Below are positions 9,170-19,161 of a stretch of DNA of 64,000 nt, piece by piece. Position 1 is the first letter of the stretch. Each line of letters begins with the position of its first letter. The position numbers and the translations under genes are program-made. Source of the stretch: Thermodesulfobacteriota bacterium (GTDB lineage Bacteria; Desulfobacterota; Desulfobacteria; Desulfobacterales; C00003060); the NCBI GenBank assembly GCA_034189385.1, contig JAXHVD010000008.1, forward strand, positions 64,001-128,000, given 5' to 3'. The notes under the pieces are model-generated. The model saw only the letters and a program-made list of their open reading frames with translations, had not been told where the DNA came from and did not search any database.

Positions 9170-9778
9170 ATGTTTCATTTTTTCAACAAGGGGGGCATCG
9201 TCATGTATCCTCTCCTTGCCTGTTCTCTCCTTTCCCTTACAGTGATCGTGGAAAGGACGCTTTTCTGGATAGGCAAGGGGAGGGCGACGGACAATCGCTT
9301 GGTCGCTACCGTATTAGAACTGGCGCGCAGACGAGAATACGAGGAGATCAAGAAGAAGACCCGCGGGACTGCCGATTATGTGGTCAAGATCCTTGTCTGC
9401 GGCTTGGTGCATCGGCAATACTCCCTTGCCAAGGCCATGGAGATGGCTGCTACGGAAGAGATCAAACGGATGAAGCAATACCTGTCCGTGCTCGATACCA
9501 TGATTACTGCGGCTCCCCTTTTGGGCATCTTAGGTACGGTCATCGGCATTATCCATTCCTTTGACATGCTTGGGCAGGCTGGGATTCAAGATCCACAGGC
9601 GGTGACTGGAGGAATCGCCCAGGCCCTATTGACAACGGCTGCCGGCCTGTTGATAGCCATCTTCACCCTTTTCCCGTACAACTATTTCATGTCTAAGGTG
9701 GAAGAAGCAGCCCTTCGCATCGAAAAGCATACGACCTCTTTAGAAATTGTACACAAGGGGAATCATCAAGAAAAATGA
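9170..9778 (+). CDS. exbB: MotA/TolQ/ExbB proton channel protein
   Basis: GGIVMYPL, APLLGILGTVIG, GIAQALLTTAAGL; start after AGGAGG at 9167 or 9170. Confidence 0.92.
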   Translation: MFHFFNKGGIVMYPLLACSLLSLTVIVERTLFWIGKGRATDNRLVATVLELARRREYEEIKKKTRGTADYVVKILVCGLVHRQYSLAKAMEMAATEEIKRMKQYLSVLDTMITAAPLLGILGTVIGIIHSFDMLGQAGIQDPQAVTGGIAQALLTTAAGLLIAIFTLFPYNYFMSKVEEAALRIEKHTTSLEIVHKGNHQEK

Positions 9779-10185
9779 AGCTTCAGGTGAAACGAAAAGG
9801 CGCCAGGATTGAATTGATTGCCCTCATAGATATCATTTTTCTGCTCCTGGTGTTCTTCACATACTCCATGCTTTCCATGGTCGTTTATCGCGGCATTCCC
9901 GTGGACTTGCCTGCTGCCGAGACCACAGAAGCTGAAAAGGGTGAGGTGGTCAACATCACGATTGACGAGGCTGGACATGTTTTTGTGGACAAGGAGTGGA
10001 CACCCGGTGATGATCTTTTGTCTCGTCTGAAAAGGGAACAGCAAGCCTTTCCGGAGACAAGGGCGATCATTTCGGGCCACCGAGAATCTCCATACAGGGC
10101 CTTTGTAGATGTCCTTGACAAGGTCAGGCTTGCTGGCTTTCAGGCCGTGTCCATGGAAGCAAGGCCGAGGGAAAGGGGCGAGTAA
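9775..10185 (+). CDS. exbD: ExbD/TolR biopolymer transport protein
   Basis: LIALIDIIFLLLVFF, VDLP; ATGA overlap with exbB. Confidence 0.92.
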   Translation: MKLQVKRKGARIELIALIDIIFLLLVFFTYSMLSMVVYRGIPVDLPAAETTEAEKGEVVNITIDEAGHVFVDKEWTPGDDLLSRLKREQQAFPETRAIISGHRESPYRAFVDVLDKVRLAGFQAVSMEARPRERGE

Positions 10186-10222
10186 AGAATCCCTGGACCA
10201 GGGACGTAGGGGTTACATCTCA

Positions 10223-10420
10223 ACGGGCTGTTGCCCAAATCTCTTTTCCCTTGTTCTGAGACGTTTTTTGACAAATCTAAGGCTTGCTCCAGGCGCTTTC
10301 AAAACTCGCCCTTCGGGCCCAAGCAGTTGAAATCGCTTGTCTTGCGCATCGCCAAGATTTGTCGGCAAAAAACGCCCCAACGAACCGGTCAAAGAGATTG
10401 CGGTTTGGGCAACATCCCGT
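10223..10420. repeat. Long nested fold-back (MITE/REP-like) element
   Basis: Terminal IR acgggctgttgcccaaa / tttgggcaacatcccgt (16 of 17 match) plus inner complementary blocks. Confidence 0.75.
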
Positions 10421-10430
10421 CAATAGAAGA

Positions 10431-11240
10431 ATGAAAAGAGATCTTATCCTCTCGGCCATCATTGCTGCCGGCGTTCACGTGCTGATCTTGATCGCTGTCA
10501 CACCCAAAGGCGGTCTTGTGCATGGGGACACCCATCAGTCGATCCTTTTGTCTATCATACGCCCACCAGAGGTCGTGGCCCCCACCCCTGCTGCGAAGAG
10601 CCCTTCTGGACCTGTGTCAAGACCCCACCTGCCTCCGAAGCAGACGCCTGTGCCAGAGAACGACCCCCTCCCGAAAAAGAAGCTGTCTACCAAAAAACGG
10701 CTGGCCGTCAAGCCGCCTTTCAAAGAGGGTAGGGTTAGGTCAAAGAAGGCTGAAGATGTGAGAAAAGAGGATGTCGTGACACCTGAACCTGTAGAGCATC
10801 TTGCTGAGAAGAACGTCGGGTCCGGCGCTCACGCCATCTTCCCTTCGTCGGACTACAGGGCGCCTGGTCAGGGGAACAAGGGCTATGATGCGTTGCAGAA
10901 AGGGAGGATTGCACCGGCCAAGGGGGCAGGAGGGGGGCTTATCACCTATGCCAATCCCATGTATAAGGCGGGGACCAGCCCAATCTATCCAAGGGTGGCC
11001 CAAAGAAGGGGATACGAGGGCAGGGTGCTCCTTGAGGTCGAGATCCTGGAAACTGGCGAGGTGAAGGAAGTGAGGATTGTGTCATCATCGGATTTTGGGG
11101 TGTTAGACAAGGAGGCCGTGAGATGGGTCAAGACCAACCCTTTCGTGCACGGCCCCAACAGGGAGAAGCGGACCTACCTAGTGCCAGTGATATTCAATTT
11201 AGACGAGGAAAAGGCCCTGGCAAGGGCAAAGGGGAAATAG
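10431..11240 (+). CDS. tonB: Energy transducer TonB
   Basis: N-terminal TM helix with SxxxxxxxH, Pro/Lys-rich linker, YPRVAQRRGYEGRV, VLDKEA. Confidence 0.9.
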   Translation: MKRDLILSAIIAAGVHVLILIAVTPKGGLVHGDTHQSILLSIIRPPEVVAPTPAAKSPSGPVSRPHLPPKQTPVPENDPLPKKKLSTKKRLAVKPPFKEGRVRSKKAEDVRKEDVVTPEPVEHLAEKNVGSGAHAIFPSSDYRAPGQGNKGYDALQKGRIAPAKGAGGGLITYANPMYKAGTSPIYPRVAQRRGYEGRVLLEVEILETGEVKEVRIVSSSDFGVLDKEAVRWVKTNPFVHGPNREKRTYLVPVIFNLDEEKALARAKGK

Positions 11241-11318
11241 CCCGCCTATAGGCCTATCTCCAGTTTTGTTTGAGTGCCCTTGCCTTGGTCAAAAGACGCG
11301 CCCATGCCCCTTTGCTGA

Positions 11319-11963
11319 TCAAGCCAACAAGGAGAGGGCGAAAATGGCCGTGTTGCCCAAGACATGAATGGTAATGGGGACCATGAGATTGTCTGTCATC
11401 TCGTAGGCCAGGGCAAAGACAATGCCGCCCACGATCTGAGTCAAGGGGACCCCGGACTGGATGGCATGAGCCAGAACGAATATGAGGGTGCTCCCCACAA
11501 GGGCCACAACCATTCCCCATCGCCTCAAGAAACCGTAGACAATGCCTCTAAAGAAGATCTCTTCCGCAACCGGGGCCACCAACCCTCCTATTGCGAAGAA
11601 CAGAAGGGTGTCGGCGACGCCAGAAGGCACATGGGTTTTTATAAGGTCCAAAGGGTTTCGGCCGGCCACATAGAGGACACCAAAACCTAAAAGAGCGACT
11701 AGTCCAAAAGCTGCCGACCAGACTAATCCATTCCACAGACCAGGAGCGAGATTTTCTCGATCCAGCCCGATGGATGAGACCCCGCTGCCCCAGATCGAAA
11801 CAATGAGGACAAAAAGGAATATTTCCGCTACCCGTGCCGTTCCAAGAATGGGCATGGGGAGATATGGCGTTTCAGAAGACGCCATACTGATGGCCACTTC
11901 AGTGATCAGCGCGGCAGAAATGCAAAGGAACAGGATTTTTGTTTCGATGGTTTTGGCCGCCAT
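11319..11963 (-). CDS. CPBP (CAAX/Abi) family intramembrane metalloprotease
   Basis: PVAEEIFFRG, FVLAH, IHVLGN; multiple TM helices; start estimated. Confidence 0.9.
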   Translation of the reverse strand: MAAKTIETKILFLCISAALITEVAISMASSETPYLPMPILGTARVAEIFLFVLIVSIWGSGVSSIGLDRENLAPGLWNGLVWSAAFGLVALLGFGVLYVAGRNPLDLIKTHVPSGVADTLLFFAIGGLVAPVAEEIFFRGIVYGFLRRWGMVVALVGSTLIFVLAHAIQSGVPLTQIVGGIVFALAYEMTDNLMVPITIHVLGNTAIFALSLLA

Positions 11964-12112
11964 GGGACACTGTCGTACCTTATTCGAATAGGGGACACAT
12001 CCCCTCTGAGGCAAAGACCTTGACGAAGACAGGGTCACACATGGAATCGGCCCAGATAGGGATCCCAATGCCGAAGATGGAAAGCCAGGCAGGATTGTTT
12101 AGCGCTACGCCA

Positions 12113-12532
12113 CTATTCCCCACAGCAAGTGTTTGTCTGTGGGGTCCATGTTTTATTCAATAGATTCTTAACGACCCTAGCAAGGGTTTTCAGTGTAAAG
12201 GGTTTGGGTAGGACGTGGTCAAATACACCATTTTTAAGAAGCCAGGGGGTCCCTGAGATGGCTATAATGGGTGTGCGGGGCCTGTCAGATCCACGGATAT
12301 GTCGCGCCACCTCATAGCCATCCATATCGGGCATGAGGATGTCCGTGATGACCAAATCAAAGGCTTCATCACCGAACAGGCGAAGTCCCTCCTGTCCCCT
12401 TGAGGCAGTCTTTGCTTCGTAACCGAACCTTGTGAGCCCCAGTTGAAGGACGTCGGCTACAGAATCCTCGTCGTCAATGACCAATACCTGATGCATGCGT
12501 CGAGACTCCCGAGTGTTTGGCGGTTCTGACAT
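12113..12532 (-). CDS. Single-domain response regulator (receiver)
   Basis: VLVIDDE, DLVITDILMPDMDG, KPF; start uncertain (12496-12565). Confidence 0.9.
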   Translation of the reverse strand: MSEPPNTRESRRMHQVLVIDDEDSVADVLQLGLTRFGYEAKTASRGQEGLRLFGDEAFDLVITDILMPDMDGYEVARHIRGSDRPRTPIIAISGTPWLLKNGVFDHVLPKPFTLKTLARVVKNLLNKTWTPQTNTCCGE

Positions 12533-12570
12533 GCTCTTGAACTCAAAAGAGCCACCTTTACGCAAGCCTA

Positions 12571-12599
12571 TTTATATCATTGCCAAAATAGACTGTCAA
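12571..12599 (-). promoter_or_regulatory. Sigma70-type promoter for the receiver gene
   Basis: Minus strand TTGACA-17 nt-TATAAA. Confidence 0.55.
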
Positions 12600-13069
12600 C
12601 TAAATATTGTGCACAAATTTACGCTTAAATACTATATATTGGGTTTTCACCTGAAGCGGAAGAAAAGGTGTGGGATTACCGAGCAACATGGGCCCCCTCT
12701 ACCCAGCCTTGAGTAGAATGGCTTTTAGACTATTTGAAGGGGGGTGTCAAAGAAGATGAGAGTGAATTATTCCGGCCTTGTGAATAATGTATCAGCCATT
12801 TATAACATTCTAATATAGAAACAAAAAAGAGGGATGAGTGGAGGAGCTATTTGAGAATAACGGATTCCGACTGGTCTCTTCTTTTGTGTAATATTACAAC
12901 TGGTTTTTCCCTGTTGGCAACCTGCTGGCCAATCAGGATTTTCCCTGAAACTGCCATTTTCTTTTATTTTCAGAAAAAATCTCGACCCCCTCAAATCCCC
13001 CGACACAGCTCGTTCCTTTTCGTGCAGCAGCCCCTTGCGCCTTAACTGTGGGCCTTCTTTTCCTATTGC

Positions 13070-13945
13070 CTACCGTCCGCTCCATCTCAACTTGGCCTTT
13101 AACATATCGTAGTAGCTCTGGCCGGCTGTTCTGATCACGTGAATGGTGTGTGGGGCCTTGTCTATGACGATCGTGTCCTCGTGCGTGATGCTCAGTCCCA
13201 CTTGGCCGTCAAATGAGACAAAGAGGTTTGAATCTCTGTCTTCGATCTTTATCTTTATGGTCACTGTGTCTGGCAAAATGAGCGGGCGATTGATCAAGGT
13301 AAAGGGACAAATGGGGGTGAGAATAATCGTCTTCAGGGAAGGATGGATAATGGGGCCGCCTGCTGAAAGGGAGTACGCTGTGGAGCCTGTTGGCGTAGCC
13401 ACAACCAGACCGTCTGCCTTGAAGGTGGTTAAATAGTCGTCGTCCACATAGGTGAGGATATGGGCAATCCGCGCAAGTGCCTCTTTGTTTACCACCACGT
13501 CGTTCAGCACGGTTTGGCATGCCACTTGCTCGCCATAGCGGAAGACCTTTGCATCCAACAGGATCCTTTCTTCGGTACTGAAGTGGTCATTGACCACCGT
13601 TTCCATCACAGGGAAGAGACGGTCTACCGGCGTCTCTGTGAGAAACCCAAAGGCCCCGAGATTGATCCCGAGAACGGGAATACCCGTGTCCTGCACCCAC
13701 CGGATGGCGCTCAGGAAGGTTCCATCACCACCTAGAATCACCACGCAAGAAAGATCTGCGTCTGCCTTTGAAATATTCTCTACTAAACCGTGGCGTGAGG
13801 TGATCGGTGCAGGGATGTTCTTCCGGCAAAGGACCTCAATACCTTTTGCCTTCAGCCAGCCTTCTAGTTCGGAAGCCTTCTCAAGGGCCTTTTCTTGATC
13901 CTTGACGACGATGCCTATCCTTTTCATGGATCCCCAATCCGTCAT
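13070..13945 (-). CDS. nadK: NAD+ kinase
   Basis: GGDGTFL, LND, DGLVVATPTGSTAYSLSAGGP, DGQ. Confidence 0.95.
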   Translation of the reverse strand: MTDWGSMKRIGIVVKDQEKALEKASELEGWLKAKGIEVLCRKNIPAPITSRHGLVENISKADADLSCVVILGGDGTFLSAIRWVQDTGIPVLGINLGAFGFLTETPVDRLFPVMETVVNDHFSTEERILLDAKVFRYGEQVACQTVLNDVVVNKEALARIAHILTYVDDDYLTTFKADGLVVATPTGSTAYSLSAGGPIIHPSLKTIILTPICPFTLINRPLILPDTVTIKIKIEDRDSNLFVSFDGQVGLSITHEDTIVIDKAPHTIHVIRTAGQSYYDMLKAKLRWSGR

Positions 13946-13961
13946 GAAGGTCCCAGATTAT

Positions 13962-14157
13962 CTAGTTTCTATCCATAAATGGCCCTTTTCTCCGACTCAG
14001 GCGGATCACTCCGCTGGATCACTCGTGCAATCCGTTGCCGGGGGGCTCCTCTCAATATCTTGATTTGATTGACTTTACGAATCCGCCTACGGCGGACTAA
14101 ATCGAACACGGACACCACCGCCCCCTCCCTTGCCGGGCACTCGCGGTGGGCCACTGT
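13962..14157 (-). mobile_element. Degenerate copy of the 196 bp CTAG-bounded MITE-like element
   Basis: Colinear with the reverse complement of 24368-24563 (e.g. atggcccttttctccg.ctcaggcggatca, cgaatccgcctacggcggact) and the same length. Confidence 0.75.
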
Positions 14158-14262
14158 CTATCTCATAACAGGCCCGGCCTGTGGGGTCAAACCAAAGGTT
14201 GCGGCTCAAGGGGTTGTCGTGGGAGCAGAAATCCTTTTTCCCATATCGGCAAAGGGGTGAAG

Positions 14263-15252
14263 CTATTCCCATTGTACAAAGGCGCTTGCCCAGGTCAGAC
14301 CCCCTCCGAAGGCAGTGAGTATGACCTTGTTGCCCGATTGTATCTTCCCGGAACGCACGGCCTGGTCCAGGGCCAGCGGTACCGTCGCCGCCGAGCTGTT
14401 TCCGTACAGGTCCACATTGACGAATACTTTCTCTTTGGGGATCTTCAGCCGCTCGGTAAAGGCATGGAGAATCCTCAAGTTGGCTTGATGGGGAATGATG
14501 ACGTCGATCTCTGATACGCTGCACATGTTATGTGCAGCGGCTTCTTCAATGGCTTCGGCAAATCGTTTTACCGCCACCTTGAAGGTCCTGTTGGCATGGG
14601 TGAGTCTAAGAAGATGATCGCCCTTTTCTGCGCTGTCGGGGGTAATGGGGGTCGTGGAGGAACCTCCGCCGGGCAGGAGCAGACTCTCTCCAGCCGTTCC
14701 ATCGGAGTGGATGTGGGTCGACATAAGGGCTGCCCCTTGTTGGGATCTGCTCAAGACTGCAGCCCCGGCCGCATCCGCCCAAAGGATACAACTGGTGCGG
14801 TCTTTCCAGTTCGTGGACCGACTTAGGAGTTCTGCCCCCACGACCAGGGCGGTCTTATATTGACCGCTTTTCATGTATTGCTCAGCGATGGAGAGCCCGA
14901 AGAGAAACCCTGAACAGGCCGCCGTCACGTCGAAACTCACGGCATTCCTAGCGCCCAGCTTGCCTTGGAGCCAGTTTGAGGCAGCTGGACAGCAGGTGTC
15001 CGGCGTGATAGTGGCCATGATAATCAGGTCAAGCTCTTCGGGGGTCATGCCGGCCGCTGCCAGGGCTTTCGTTGAGGCCTCTTCCGCCAGGTCCGACGTA
15101 TTCTTGTCAGGGTCTGCAATGCGACGCTCTCTAATGCCAGTCCGTTGTACAATCCATTCGTCAGTGGTATCTACCATCTTTTCCAAATCATGATTGGTCA
15201 AGATTCTTTCCGGCACACAGGAGCCGGTGCCAACGATCCGAATAGAGGTCAT
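14263..15252 (-). CDS. fabH: Beta-ketoacyl-ACP synthase III
   Basis: RTGIRERR, AACSGF, HQAN, GNSSAA, FGGGLTW. Confidence 0.95.
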   Translation of the reverse strand: MTSIRIVGTGSCVPERILTNHDLEKMVDTTDEWIVQRTGIRERRIADPDKNTSDLAEEASTKALAAAGMTPEELDLIIMATITPDTCCPAASNWLQGKLGARNAVSFDVTAACSGFLFGLSIAEQYMKSGQYKTALVVGAELLSRSTNWKDRTSCILWADAAGAAVLSRSQQGAALMSTHIHSDGTAGESLLLPGGGSSTTPITPDSAEKGDHLLRLTHANRTFKVAVKRFAEAIEEAAAHNMCSVSEIDVIIPHQANLRILHAFTERLKIPKEKVFVNVDLYGNSSAATVPLALDQAVRSGKIQSGNKVILTAFGGGLTWASAFVQWE

Positions 15253-15311
15253 AGCCGATCGTTCTCCTCGTAAGAAGTCTTCTTTATATCTCTTTGTCCT
15301 TGACCAGAGAG

Positions 15312-15340
15312 TGTATATTATTTATATGCCTGTATGTCAA
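15312..15340 (-). promoter_or_regulatory. Sigma70-type promoter for fabH
   Basis: Minus strand TTGACA-17 nt-TATACA in an AT-rich context. Confidence 0.45.
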
Positions 15341-15484
15341 ACGGTTACGGGCCCTTGTTCCAAGGAAACCTTGGCCAAGCCCCCAGGACAGCAGGGCTGG
15401 AGTCTGAGGCAGATAGACGACATGGCTGATGGTCCCAGGGAGAAAAGGCACTGATGGGTAGACAAGAGTGGAAATCTTGACGCA

Positions 15485-16984
15485 ATGAAGAGAGAGCAGT
15501 GGAGAAGCCAACTCGGGTTCCTTCTTGCAGCTGTTGGCTCTGCCATCGGCCTGGGGAACATATGGCGATTTAGCTACATGGCCTATGACAATGGTGGTGG
15601 GGCCTTTCTTATTCCCTATGTAGTTGCCCTCTTGACCGCTGGCATCCCTTTACTCATCCTTGAGTTTGGAATAGGGCACGAGACAATAGGGTCAGCCCCT
15701 CTTGCCTTCGCGAAGCTCAGGAGGAACTGGGAGTGGCTGGGATGGTGGGCTGTGACGCTTGTCATGTTCGGAATAGTCCTTTACTACATTGTCGTGATAG
15801 CGTGGTGTCTCAACTTCTTTTTTCTCTCTTTCAATCTTGGCTGGGGCAATGATCCTAACGCCTATTTTTTTGGCAGTTTTCTTTCAGTGAGCCAGTCGCC
15901 ATCTGAGATTGGCGCCATTAGGCCCTCCATATTCGCTGCCCTTGCGGCCATCTGGTTCTTAAACTGGATCATCGTCTACAGGGGCATACGAAAAGGCATA
16001 GAGCTTGCGAATAAGATATTCATGCCCCTCTTGTTTCTTCTCACAGCTGTCCTTGTCTTTTGGTCCCTGACACTGGACGGGGCCACAGAAGGTCTGAGGG
16101 CCTATCTAACCCCGGATTTTTCCAAATTGGCCAGCCCAAAGGTCTGGATTGATGCCTATAGTCAAATCTTTTTTACTCTCAGCCTTGGCTTTGGTATTAT
16201 GATAGCCTATGCAAGCTATCTGCCGAGGCATGCAAACATCTCAAGAAACGCCGTACTGACGGGCCTGATCAATAGCGGATACTCCCTTTTCGCTGGGGTG
16301 GCAGTATTTGCCGTACTGGGGTTCATGGCCACCTCTCAGGGAAAGCCACTATCTGAGATTGTTTCTCAGAGCATAGGCCTTGCCTTTGTGGCCTATCCTC
16401 AGGCGGTGAGCCTTATTCCCGGCGGGAATTTTTTTGGCGCCATCTTCTTCTTCTGCTTGGTGGTGGCTGGACTGTCTTCATCCATCTCCATCATTGAGGC
16501 CTTTACTTCAGCAATGGTAGACAAGTTCGGTCTGAGAAGAGAGCTCCTTGTAACTGGCGTGTGCATACTGGGGTTCCTGGGCTCTATCGTCTTTACCACC
16601 CAGGCAGGGCTCCTTTGGTTGGACATAGTGGACCATTTTCTTACCCATTACGGGCTGGTAGTGGTGGGCATCCTAGAGTGTATTCTCGTTGGATGGCTAT
16701 TTAGGTTGGAGGTTCTGAGAAAGTATATTAGCAACATCTCTTCCCTCAAACTGGGCCCCTGGTGGGACAGGCTCATAAAGTACTTCGTGCCCCTGGTCCT
16801 CGGGATGGTCCTTATTGTAGATCTGTTTCATGAGTTGAGTAAACCCTATGGTGGATACTCCTGGACATCCCTTTTTTTCATAGGCATTGACTGGGTGTTG
16901 CTCACACTCATTGCTGGCTTCATCATTGCTTCAAGGCCATGGAGGACAGAACAGCACAGGGCATGTGGAAGATCTGAGCAATAG
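15485..16984 (+). CDS. Sodium-dependent transporter, NSS/SNF family
   Basis: GSAIGLGNIWRF, GGGAFLIPY, QIFFTLSLGFG; about 12 TM helices. Confidence 0.95.
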   Translation: MKREQWRSQLGFLLAAVGSAIGLGNIWRFSYMAYDNGGGAFLIPYVVALLTAGIPLLILEFGIGHETIGSAPLAFAKLRRNWEWLGWWAVTLVMFGIVLYYIVVIAWCLNFFFLSFNLGWGNDPNAYFFGSFLSVSQSPSEIGAIRPSIFAALAAIWFLNWIIVYRGIRKGIELANKIFMPLLFLLTAVLVFWSLTLDGATEGLRAYLTPDFSKLASPKVWIDAYSQIFFTLSLGFGIMIAYASYLPRHANISRNAVLTGLINSGYSLFAGVAVFAVLGFMATSQGKPLSEIVSQSIGLAFVAYPQAVSLIPGGNFFGAIFFFCLVVAGLSSSISIIEAFTSAMVDKFGLRRELLVTGVCILGFLGSIVFTTQAGLLWLDIVDHFLTHYGLVVVGILECILVGWLFRLEVLRKYISNISSLKLGPWWDRLIKYFVPLVLGMVLIVDLFHELSKPYGGYSWTSLFFIGIDWVLLTLIAGFIIASRPWRTEQHRACGRSEQ

Positions 16985-17060
16985 GCGTAGTTTTTCACGG
17001 AGTGAGAAGAATAGACCTTGGCTGCTTCGTATTTTCTTAAGAGACTCCTGGGAAACAACA

Positions 17061-18398
17061 CTAGCTTAAGGCAGCTGCCCGCAGGTCCCTTAAGCGGGCA
17101 CTTGGTCTTGCTGGATAGCAGGCTGGGTCTTTTAGGGCTTTGTATTTTTTGTCAAGGGCGTGAAAGCTTTCTTTGAAGCGTTTCCTAATGTCTTCTAACG
17201 ACGGGTGGGGCCTCAGGAGTCTTCCTTGCTCCATGACGGGCTCGAGCAAGGGGCGTCCATGTTCAACGGTCTCATCTGCGGTGCCAATCACATCTTCTAT
17301 ATAGGATCCTTGGCCGTCGACCTTTCTGAAGACCTGCTTTTCACCGGGCAGATTTGCCTTTCCTGTACTAAACTTCATGATGGGTGTCTCAGCGTATTGG
17401 ACAAGTTTGTAGACCATGTCTAAATAAGGGGCATCGGCAGAGACCCCCATCTTGGTACCAACGCCAAAGGCGTCTATCTTGGCCCCTTCCTTTATGACCC
17501 TTGCGATCTCGTATTCGTCAAAACTGCCACTTGCAAATATCTCTGTCCCCTCAAGACCTGCTTTGTCCAGGATCTCTCTCACCTCCAGACTCAGCCTAAT
17601 CATGTCACCGCTGTCCAGTCGCACCCCTAAAAGTCTTTCGCCCCTCGTGGCCATCTCCTGCCCCACCATGGCTGCATTCTTGGCCCCTTCTATGGTATCA
17701 TAGGTATCGACGAGGAGAATACTCTTTCGTGGAAAAGATTTTACAAAAGCCCTGAATGCTTCAATCTCTTTGCCAAAGGAACTGACATAGGAATGGGCCA
17801 TGGTTCCTGCAATAGGGATGTGATACAGTTTCCCGGCCAGCACATTGCTTGTGGCCACAAATCCCGCAATATAACTGCTCCGAGCCACCTTGAGCCCTGC
17901 ATCTGCTCCATGGGTCCTTCGAAGGGAGAAGTCCACGAGCCCATGACCTTTTGCTGCATGGACACAGCGGGCCGCTTTGGTGGCGATCATAGACTGAATC
18001 TGAATGGTATTGATGACCAGTGTTTCCAACAACTGGGCCTCTATGACGGGGGCTGTCACCTCGAGAATCGGTTCGTCGGCAAAGAAGATCTCACCCTCAG
18101 CCATGGCCCGTATTTTTCCTGTAAACCGCAGGGCCCTGAGGTAGTGCAGAAAGTCTCGCGAAAAGACCCCGGTGCCCTCCAGATAAGCGATGTCGCCTGC
18201 TGAAAACTGAAAGTTGGCTATATATTCGAGGATGTCCTCCAGACCTGCGGCTACAAAGTAGGCCCGATGGCGTGGATACTTTCTGATGAAGAGCGAAAAC
18301 GTGGCAGGCTCAGCCATACGATTTTCAAAATAGCTGGCCGCCATGGTCAGTTCATATAGATCCGTGAGGAGTTCCAACCTTTCAACAAGGCCTGTCAT
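17061..18398 (-). CDS. pncB: Nicotinate phosphoribosyltransferase
   Basis: LLTDLYELTM, DFSLRR, TSNV, GTMAHS, LVDTYD, RLDSGD. Confidence 0.95.
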   Translation of the reverse strand: MTGLVERLELLTDLYELTMAASYFENRMAEPATFSLFIRKYPRHRAYFVAAGLEDILEYIANFQFSAGDIAYLEGTGVFSRDFLHYLRALRFTGKIRAMAEGEIFFADEPILEVTAPVIEAQLLETLVINTIQIQSMIATKAARCVHAAKGHGLVDFSLRRTHGADAGLKVARSSYIAGFVATSNVLAGKLYHIPIAGTMAHSYVSSFGKEIEAFRAFVKSFPRKSILLVDTYDTIEGAKNAAMVGQEMATRGERLLGVRLDSGDMIRLSLEVREILDKAGLEGTEIFASGSFDEYEIARVIKEGAKIDAFGVGTKMGVSADAPYLDMVYKLVQYAETPIMKFSTGKANLPGEKQVFRKVDGQGSYIEDVIGTADETVEHGRPLLEPVMEQGRLLRPHPSLEDIRKRFKESFHALDKKYKALKDPACYPARPSARLRDLRAAALS

Positions 18399-18913
18399 AG
18401 GATCTTGGCTCCATATATCCGATCCATACGTTTGAGGGCATATTCATGGAACTCGGGGTCGAAATCGGCCACGCCGTTTCTTGACAAGGTGACATTGTAA
18501 TCCCGATTGGCCAGCTCGCCTACCGTGTCCATGATACAGATACTTGTACAAACCCCCACAAGCTCCACGTCCTGAATCTGGTGGGCCTTCAAGACATCAC
18601 CCAGCTCAGTTTCGAAAAAGCCGCTGTAACGTCTCTTTTGGATCACTACCTCTCCTTCCTGTGGGGCAAGGGACGGCAACACCTCGTGGCCCCACGACCC
18701 GGCCACAGCATGCTTGGGGAATTTTTCAAACTCCTTGTCGTCTTCTGCATGGCAATCCTGCAAGTAGATAACCATATCTCCAGCCTTGCGGTATTGTTCA
18801 ATGCGGCCCTTGACAAAGGGAACAATACCTCGGGCCGATTCAAAGTATAATGCACCCTTTTCGTCTGCAAAGTCATTGAGCATATCTGACACAATCAAGG
18901 CCCTGTGAGACAT
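18395..18913 (-). CDS. pncA: Nicotinamidase / isochorismatase-family cysteine hydrolase
   Basis: DMLNDF, DxH, KRRYSGF, GVCTSIC; overlaps pncB. Confidence 0.85.
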   Translation of the reverse strand: MSHRALIVSDMLNDFADEKGALYFESARGIVPFVKGRIEQYRKAGDMVIYLQDCHAEDDKEFEKFPKHAVAGSWGHEVLPSLAPQEGEVVIQKRRYSGFFETELGDVLKAHQIQDVELVGVCTSICIMDTVGELANRDYNVTLSRNGVADFDPEFHEYALKRMDRIYGAKIL

Positions 18914-19161
18914 GTCGCCCTCCTACTTCTTGGGGTTTTCCAAATCAACGGCCAGTGCCTATCTTACCTGAAGTGTTTCCTCCGTGCAACCTTATGATGG
19001 CATGGCAAAGGGCTTCATTTGACCCATATGAGTGGGCCCATCCTGAGCTGTTGGAGTTCCCGATGGCCCTCTCCCCACCAATTCCGTTGACAAGATAGGA
19101 CGGTTCCTCTATTCAATCTCTCAGGGTCCATTCCCCCTTTGGGCCTGAGGGAAGGAAGAAC

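Noticed and set aside
13969..14154. Homologous small ORFs here and at 24371-24829 (RRRRIRK...DPPE.EKRAI)
   Set aside because: The similarity is explained by the non-coding repeat element; start and stop are not conserved.
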